Source of the DNA: Eukaryota sp. TZLM1-RC
Lineage: Eukaryota; Protista; Metamonada: BaSk clade
Length of the DNA: 64,000 nt
NCBI GenBank assembly: GCA_040285825.1
Contig: JAUPSS010000002.1
Span: 2,790,001-2,854,000 of the forward strand
Direction of reading: 5' to 3'
Under the pieces are notes generated by a model. The model was not told where the DNA came from. It saw only the letters and a program-made list of their open reading frames with translations, and made no database searches. Positions 58,613 to 64,000 of the stretch are shown here, one piece after another. Every line of letters starts with the position of its first letter. Positions within the stretch are counted from its first letter, which is position 1. Both the position numbers and the translations under genes were made by a program.

Positions 58613-59749
58613 ATGTCTGATGTGCTCTATATCAATGTTGGACAAGCAGGTTGTTCTATAGGCAACACTGTTCTCCAGTCTGTTCATAGTCATCATTCTT
58701 CTCCATTCTTTAAGGATAATTCTCCACATGCTCTATTTTGTGATTCTGAACCTCGTGTCATCAGTTCACGCTCTTCACAGTGGAACTCTCCTTCTTTTTT
58801 TGCAAAAGTAGGAGCTTCAACCAATTGGGGGCGAGGTTTTACTCAATCCTCCTTGATTGAATCCATTTGTGATGGTATCAGGAAAAAGTCAGAATCCATG
58901 GATTGGCTGGGTAGCATTTGTTGGACCTCAAGCATTACTGGTGGATCTGGAGGTGGTCTTTTTTGTGGAATATTAACCAATGATGACGTGGTACATTGCC
59001 CCAATCACGTCTTGGTTTCCCCAGTCTCAGTTAATAATACAATTCCTTTACATAGCTTTTGTAGTTCTTTATCAATTTATAATTGTTTTGATTATCTAGA
59101 TTCTTTTTTATTTTTTGATAATGATCGTTTATTTAATTTTAATAGCAGAAAGGCTAAACGAGTTTCATTAAAACAGACAAAAACAATAGATCAAGTTAAT
59201 ATAAGAATAAGTGATTTTATTAAGAATGTGCTATCTCCTACGGGTAGTGGCAATGACGTCACATGCTCAAAATTCCCATTGACTTCTTCAGAAATCTTCC
59301 AAAGATTTGGTCCGTTTTTGGATTGTTTCTCTGTTAGTTCCCGTGATAGTACAGCCACGCTTATTGATGACCAATACAAACAACTCACAGAAGCTCTTGT
59401 CTGTGAGCTTGTGAGAGGAGTGGAGACAAATGCAATGGTGATTTGTCCTCAACGAGTGCATTCTATTGTTTCTGCACAATTAGGACGGCTCCCTACTCTC
59501 AGTTCTACCTTTTATGGGACAAAGTATACGGAGAATAATATATCTCTCATGGGATCGTTCGGAATTGCACCTTCTACTTTGCTTCGACATGCAATAAGAG
59601 CTAGAAGAAGTGTGATGTCAGGCGCTTATGTACATTATCTAGAACAATATGATGTGGAAATGTCTACCATAAGGCATGCTTGTAGCTTTGTGGAAGGAGT
59701 GGTTGAAAGAGAGGGTTTAACAGTGTCTTACAGTGACAGTTATAATTAA
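58613..59749 (+). CDS. Divergent delta/zeta-class tubulin
   Basis: INVGQAGCSIG, DSEPRVI, GASTNWGRG, SITGGSGGG, FDND and C-terminal AYVHYLEQY are tubulin motifs with the DxEP form typical of delta/zeta; 378 aa. Confidence 0.75.
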   Translation: MSDVLYINVGQAGCSIGNTVLQSVHSHHSSPFFKDNSPHALFCDSEPRVISSRSSQWNSPSFFAKVGASTNWGRGFTQSSLIESICDGIRKKSESMDWLGSICWTSSITGGSGGGLFCGILTNDDVVHCPNHVLVSPVSVNNTIPLHSFCSSLSIYNCFDYLDSFLFFDNDRLFNFNSRKAKRVSLKQTKTIDQVNIRISDFIKNVLSPTGSGNDVTCSKFPLTSSEIFQRFGPFLDCFSVSSRDSTATLIDDQYKQLTEALVCELVRGVETNAMVICPQRVHSIVSAQLGRLPTLSSTFYGTKYTENNISLMGSFGIAPSTLLRHAIRARRSVMSGAYVHYLEQYDVEMSTIRHACSFVEGVVEREGLTVSYSDSYN

Positions 59750-59981
59750 CTGTGATTTTCACTTATCATGCATTCCCCTGTGAAATTCACTCCTGTTTTC
59801 AACTCCCTCAGTGTCTACTCACAGGCTGTAAGAGACATGTAGCATCATTTGACAAAGACAATCATGATCTTCATCAATGGGCTACCTCACTTAAATACAC
59901 CTACTGTTTTCACAGAACAAAGCCTCGCGACTTGATGTATTTAAGTGGATCTACCAAATGCTACTAGGGAATTTGTAGATC
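59721..59981 (-). ncRNA. Candidate Fanzor omegaRNA scaffold
   Basis: Consecutive stems directly 3' of and overlapping the Fanzor stop: 59948-59959/59971-59981; 59888-59899/59936-59947 (12-bp perfect); 59839-59885 (G-U pairs only on the minus strand); 59777-59783/59819-59825; 59737-59754; long-range 59726-59733/59826-59833. Confidence 0.7.
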
Positions 59982-62152
59982 GGTCTCAAAAGTTTTTGTT
60001 TCTGTATGCTGAATATTTTTTGCAGCGGAAATATCTCTGTCATATACTATTTGACACTCAGTACAAATACGCATCTGCCATGAGCCTGCTTGAATATTCT
60101 CGGCCATGCAACAACTTGACATTTTGCTTGTATTAAATTCACTGGTTAACAAGTGCTTCACGTCCTTTTGATGACACAACCATTTTCTGAAAGCCCTTGC
60201 TGATCCATATCGATTGACTTTTCGGCAATGAGAAGGGAAATTAGCAGAACCCACAGCAAGATAGAGTTTTTCAGGATGTCCAGCCAGCCTTTGAAATTTG
60301 TTGAGACTCTCTCTGAACCGTCTCTCTTTTCGTCTGCGGTTATCAAATTTAATTATTTTCCATTTCTGGCAATTACTTTCCAAATACACTTTCCTCCTGA
60401 CCAAATTCCAATGGTTCAAATATTGGTTGAAATTTTGAACGGAATATTGGTTGGGAGAGTGTTTACTGGGTGAAGGTTTTGTCATGTATCATCTGCCAGT
60501 TGGACAAGGGATAACTCCACATTGATTATCATTTAAGAAGTAACCACATAATCTTGATTGGCCCTGATCAACGCCGATAAGGGGGCTTTCAGGTAAAATT
60601 TCGACTGGATGTCTACGTCTTCGACGGGCATTTTTTTAGTACCCTTCAACTGTGTTTCTCTGGTTTTGTTGACATTAGGGTCACTTTTCATTTCATTTTT
60701 TGATCTTCTTTTCTTTTTCGGTGGTTCATCCAGCTCATCTGTGTTTTCTGAGTCATTTTTTTCACCTTCAAAGGTCAAAAGCAGTTCATTACCATTAGTT
60801 TTCAATAAAATTTTGTTAAATCTATTTTTCAAACTTTTTCTGTTGATATTGAATTTTTGGTAAGGTCATTGTTTGAATATTCGTTTCAGACATGTATTTT
60901 TGATAAACTTTGTTTTGGAAGATGATCCTTCAATAATTGGACATTTTTTCACAGAGTGGAAAATTTGTGAAGGTACCTCAATAAATTTAGAACCTTTATG
61001 AGAAGCTAAAGGTATTATTCTAAATTTCTTCCAGCAATGCATATGAGAAAAGAAAGTGAGTAAGTATTGTGAAATTTTAAGATTGAAGAGAAAAAGCTCA
61101 CCAATTTCCTTTGATGAAAAGGTGATTTGATCATGTGAGGACAGTAGGGAGGCAGTGGTAGGAAATCTTTGAAGGAGATTCAAGATAAACTTACATGCAT
61201 TTAATAAAAAGAATCTTTCTCTTGAATTATTCAAATTGAAATTGATGAAGTATTCAAGAACAGAATCAACTACTACTTCCTCGGGTTGGGCTAATGGTTC
61301 ATCTGGCAAAAGTGAAAGAATATTATTTGCAAAGACATTTGTTTTATCCAGGGCTCTACAATGAGCACGAATAAAGTTTTTTGTCCAGGATTGACAAATT
61401 TTAGGTAAACTTGTCTTCACGTTAGACGCCAATTGACGAGCCCGACAAGCAAGGTAAGGAGAAAGCCTTTTCCTATTGATAAAATTACAATTCTGAGATT
61501 GCAGCCAAGCATTGAGAAAAAGATTGAATGAATTTCTGTAAGGCACTAAAGAATAATCCCACAAAAAAACAAGAGACCTGTCTTGTGGGCATTCTGGAAG
61601 AAATCCATTGTAAAAGATATGGAGTAATTGGCGTTGGCCTTTAGAGGTGGAAGGCTTTGGAAAAGAACCAGTGGTGATGACGGTCATAAAAAGATACCAT
61701 ACATCCTGTTGATCAACTAATAGTGTAACAATTTTTCAAAGAATTTCTTGATTTTGATGAGTAATGAACATCAGCAAGTTCAACACCCTGTGCGTACCAA
61801 TAAAATGAAGTTGAAGTCTTCAAATATGTTTTCAACAAACTGTGATTTTATTAAAACAGTGTAATAACACATTTAATTCAAATTACTTACAAAATGCACG
61901 CTTGTAACTCAGGAACTCCGTGTACTGCTTCGCTTTAGGTCGTTCCTTACGAAGATCCACATCTTTATCACCGTGAATGATCCTATTGGCCCAGATCCGT
62001 ATCTCATGGTAAGTTGATACGTCTTGCTTAGGAGCATTTGAGTTGGTGATTTTTGAGTCGAGACTGTTTCCCGCACACGCACTGAATAGCTGTTCCAATT
62101 TCTGGCGAATCTGAATGGCCTTGGTCACAAGTTCAGGGAGTTTGGAGGGCAT
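59964..62152 (-). pseudogene. Fanzor B gene, about 710 aa reconstructed, with a 51-nt intron (61840-61890), five in-frame TGA codons and one frameshift
   Basis: FRIIPL, LKTNG (WED), NLS PPKKKRR, LAVGSANF, RuvC-II SEFNTSKMSSCC, CTEC and RuvC-III YDRDISAAKNI. The GTAAGT...CACAG splice puts exon 1 (62152-61891) in frame with the 61687 ORF. Confidence 0.85.
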
Positions 62153-62572
62153 TACGATTTACTATGTGGAGCCAGTGTCTGGAAAATTTGAACATCAAAT
62201 TAACTTTTTTCCTGCCACTTCAATTTGAAACAATTTTGTTGTAAATTTGACTTGATACCGAAAATTCAACAACTCTCAGTCACTTCCTTGTCCCTATCAT
62301 ATTTGCAGAGATTGGACCTTGTTAAACCTAATTTTAGGCGAAATTAGACCGAGTTTGTTAATTCCAGTTTCTTAATCCCGATTTGTGTACTGTTTTGCAG
62401 TCTACTTTTGCGTAATTACTGTCTTTTTTCTTGACGCAATTACCCTGTAAAAATGGCTTCACCTTGACAGATTGTGATTGGGATAGAAATTCGAAATTGA
62501 GGATAGGTTTGTGTCCTTTTTGATTTGGTTATAATAATAAAAGTATTTGTAAATTTTCTACTAGAGCTATTT

Positions 62573-63266
62573 GTTCGAATTCACCTCAGCTCACATTGCG
62601 ACATGCCATGAATTGTTCGAAATTGATAACTTATCGTTCTTCATTACATGATGCTGTTAGAGACACTGTTTTCAATATGGCACAAACTGCAAGGATATCG
62701 TGTATCAAAGAGCCCCTGCTGAAAGAAACACTTTCTCTGAATAATTTTAGTTCTGATGATAGAGGTGATGTATACTGTGATTGGATTGATAATTCTGAAG
62801 CTATTGTTGACTTTGTCTCATGTAATGTTGCAAACGATACTTTGGTTCACAGAAGAAAACTTAATCCTGTGGCTGCTCTGGATTTTAAAGCAAAAGAAAA
62901 ACATAGAAAGTATGATAAACATATTGAAGTAGCTAATGCTGGTAGAAATACACAGCTAGTTTTTATTGCTTTCCCATTTTCCACAAACGGAAGATTATCA
63001 GTTGAAGCAGAAACTTTTTTGAATGACTTGCAAAAAATGGTTCAAGAAAAAACAATGAAAAGATTTGGTATTTTTTTATGGCGTTCACGGATTCAATTTT
63101 CCATTATTAATAGATTACCTCGGTTTTTCAATCGAATAAGAGAAGCTTTAGCTAGACAGCAGGCAGATCAAGATTGTGTAGAGGAAATCTTGGTTCAATG
63201 ATATTCGTCCCATTAGTTATGAATTAATTTAATTAAGTGTACATGTTCAATAAATAAATTTTTCTG
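62573..63266 (+). mobile_element. 5'-truncated RLE retrotransposon (family ending EEILVQ*) with 14-bp TSD
   Basis: HAMNC, LHDAVRD, RGDVYC..IVDF, KEKHRKY, FPFSTNG. TSD TACTAGAGCTATTT at 62559-62572 and 63267-63280; ends in AATAAATAAA rather than poly(A). Confidence 0.92.
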
Positions 63267-64000
63267 TACTAGAGCTATTTTTTTAACTAAAAAGAGCTGA
63301 TTTTGATCACATAGAGCATCGTGCCAAAAACTGATTATATTCGATCAACTCTTCACAGTAGCGTTCGTGATTGCTATATTGAAATCTTCCAGAGTAATTA
63401 AATCCATGTAAAACTAACCCCTTTACCTTCTTATAGATCAAAATATCGTGATCATGATGCTGTGTGGTTAAACAAAACAGAAACAGAAAAAGATAAATGT
63501 ATTTATTAAATTTCACTGGTCCTTATAAAGGCCATCACTAGTGAAGTCTAAACTGGATCAATTGTTCACAATGCAACAATCATAAATGACGAGGTTTTAT
63601 TTAAAATAATTCAATAATCAAGTCATAATCAATTCAATAATTTTGACTTGTTTTTAATGGTGCAAGTTTTGGCACAACTGCAATAGAATTTTTAGTTTCC
63701 TTTTCATAATTGTGCATAAACGGCTTTTAATAACAATTAAAACAACTTGTTAGACAAATTGATTTGTTGTTTTGGTTTTCAATTGCTTGTTCATTTATCT
63801 ATATGGACAACATTTCATAAAACAATTTAAAGACAATTTAGGTAATGATGGTATCACAAATTGATGGAGACAGATCTTTGTATGATCTTGTCTCTTGTGC
63901 TCCACTATAAGCCATCGTCTACATAACAGTATATTATTGCCCCACTCTCTGATTATCCACCATAGTTGTCGGGTACTTGATTTATATTGTGCCTTGCCCA

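Larger units (their letters stand above)
59714..62328 (-). mobile_element. Fanzor B element (no transposase seen); boundaries inferred from short terminal inverted repeats
   Basis: GGTTTAACAgtGTC at 59714 and its inverse GACctTGTTAAACC ending at 62328 enclose the Fanzor gene and the structured 3' region. Confidence 0.6.

Noticed and set aside
59752-60136. Small + strand ORFs downstream of tubulin
   Set aside because: Antisense to the Fanzor end and hairpin region, with no recognisable motifs.
59729-62450. Tc1/mariner-type TA|CAGTG ... CCCTG|TA ends for Fanzor B
   Set aside because: Similarity does not extend beyond about 4 bases and it would cut the long-range RNA stem; the 59714/62328 pair fits better.
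1-64000. Genome-wide alternative genetic code
   Set aside because: Long host genes translate cleanly in the standard code and terminate with TAA, TAG and TGA (RNase H-like genes use TGA).

Overview
AT-rich eukaryotic (protist-like) nuclear DNA in the standard genetic code, with very small GT-AG introns (26-51 nt) and short UTRs. Host genes are a 5'-partial RCC1-repeat/LRR protein, an importin-beta family karyopherin, a PH-domain protein, two copies of an RNase H1-like protein with two hybrid-binding domains and a substituted active site, three CENP-E (kinesin-7) paralogs, condensin CAP-D2, MED7, an IQ-repeat (ASPM-like) protein, shugoshin, tRNA-Asp(GTC), VAMP7 and a divergent delta/zeta-class tubulin. 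An imperfect ~11-kb inverted duplication (about 11.4-22.5 kb vs 37.7-48.7 kb) brackets the CAP-D2 locus. Most intergenic DNA is debris from several families of RLE-class (R2/CRE-like) non-LTR retrotransposons, some young and with clear target-site duplications. There are two unrelated Fanzor (eukaryotic TnpB/OMEGA) loci. Fanzor A is 5'-truncated and fills the whole gap between two divergent genes. Fanzor B reconstructs to about 710 aa with an intron and an NLS, carries a multi-hairpin omegaRNA-like 3' region, and appears inserted into the last codons of the tubulin gene. It is disrupted by five TGA codons and one frameshift. All calls come from manual reading of the sequence and recalled motifs; no database search was run.
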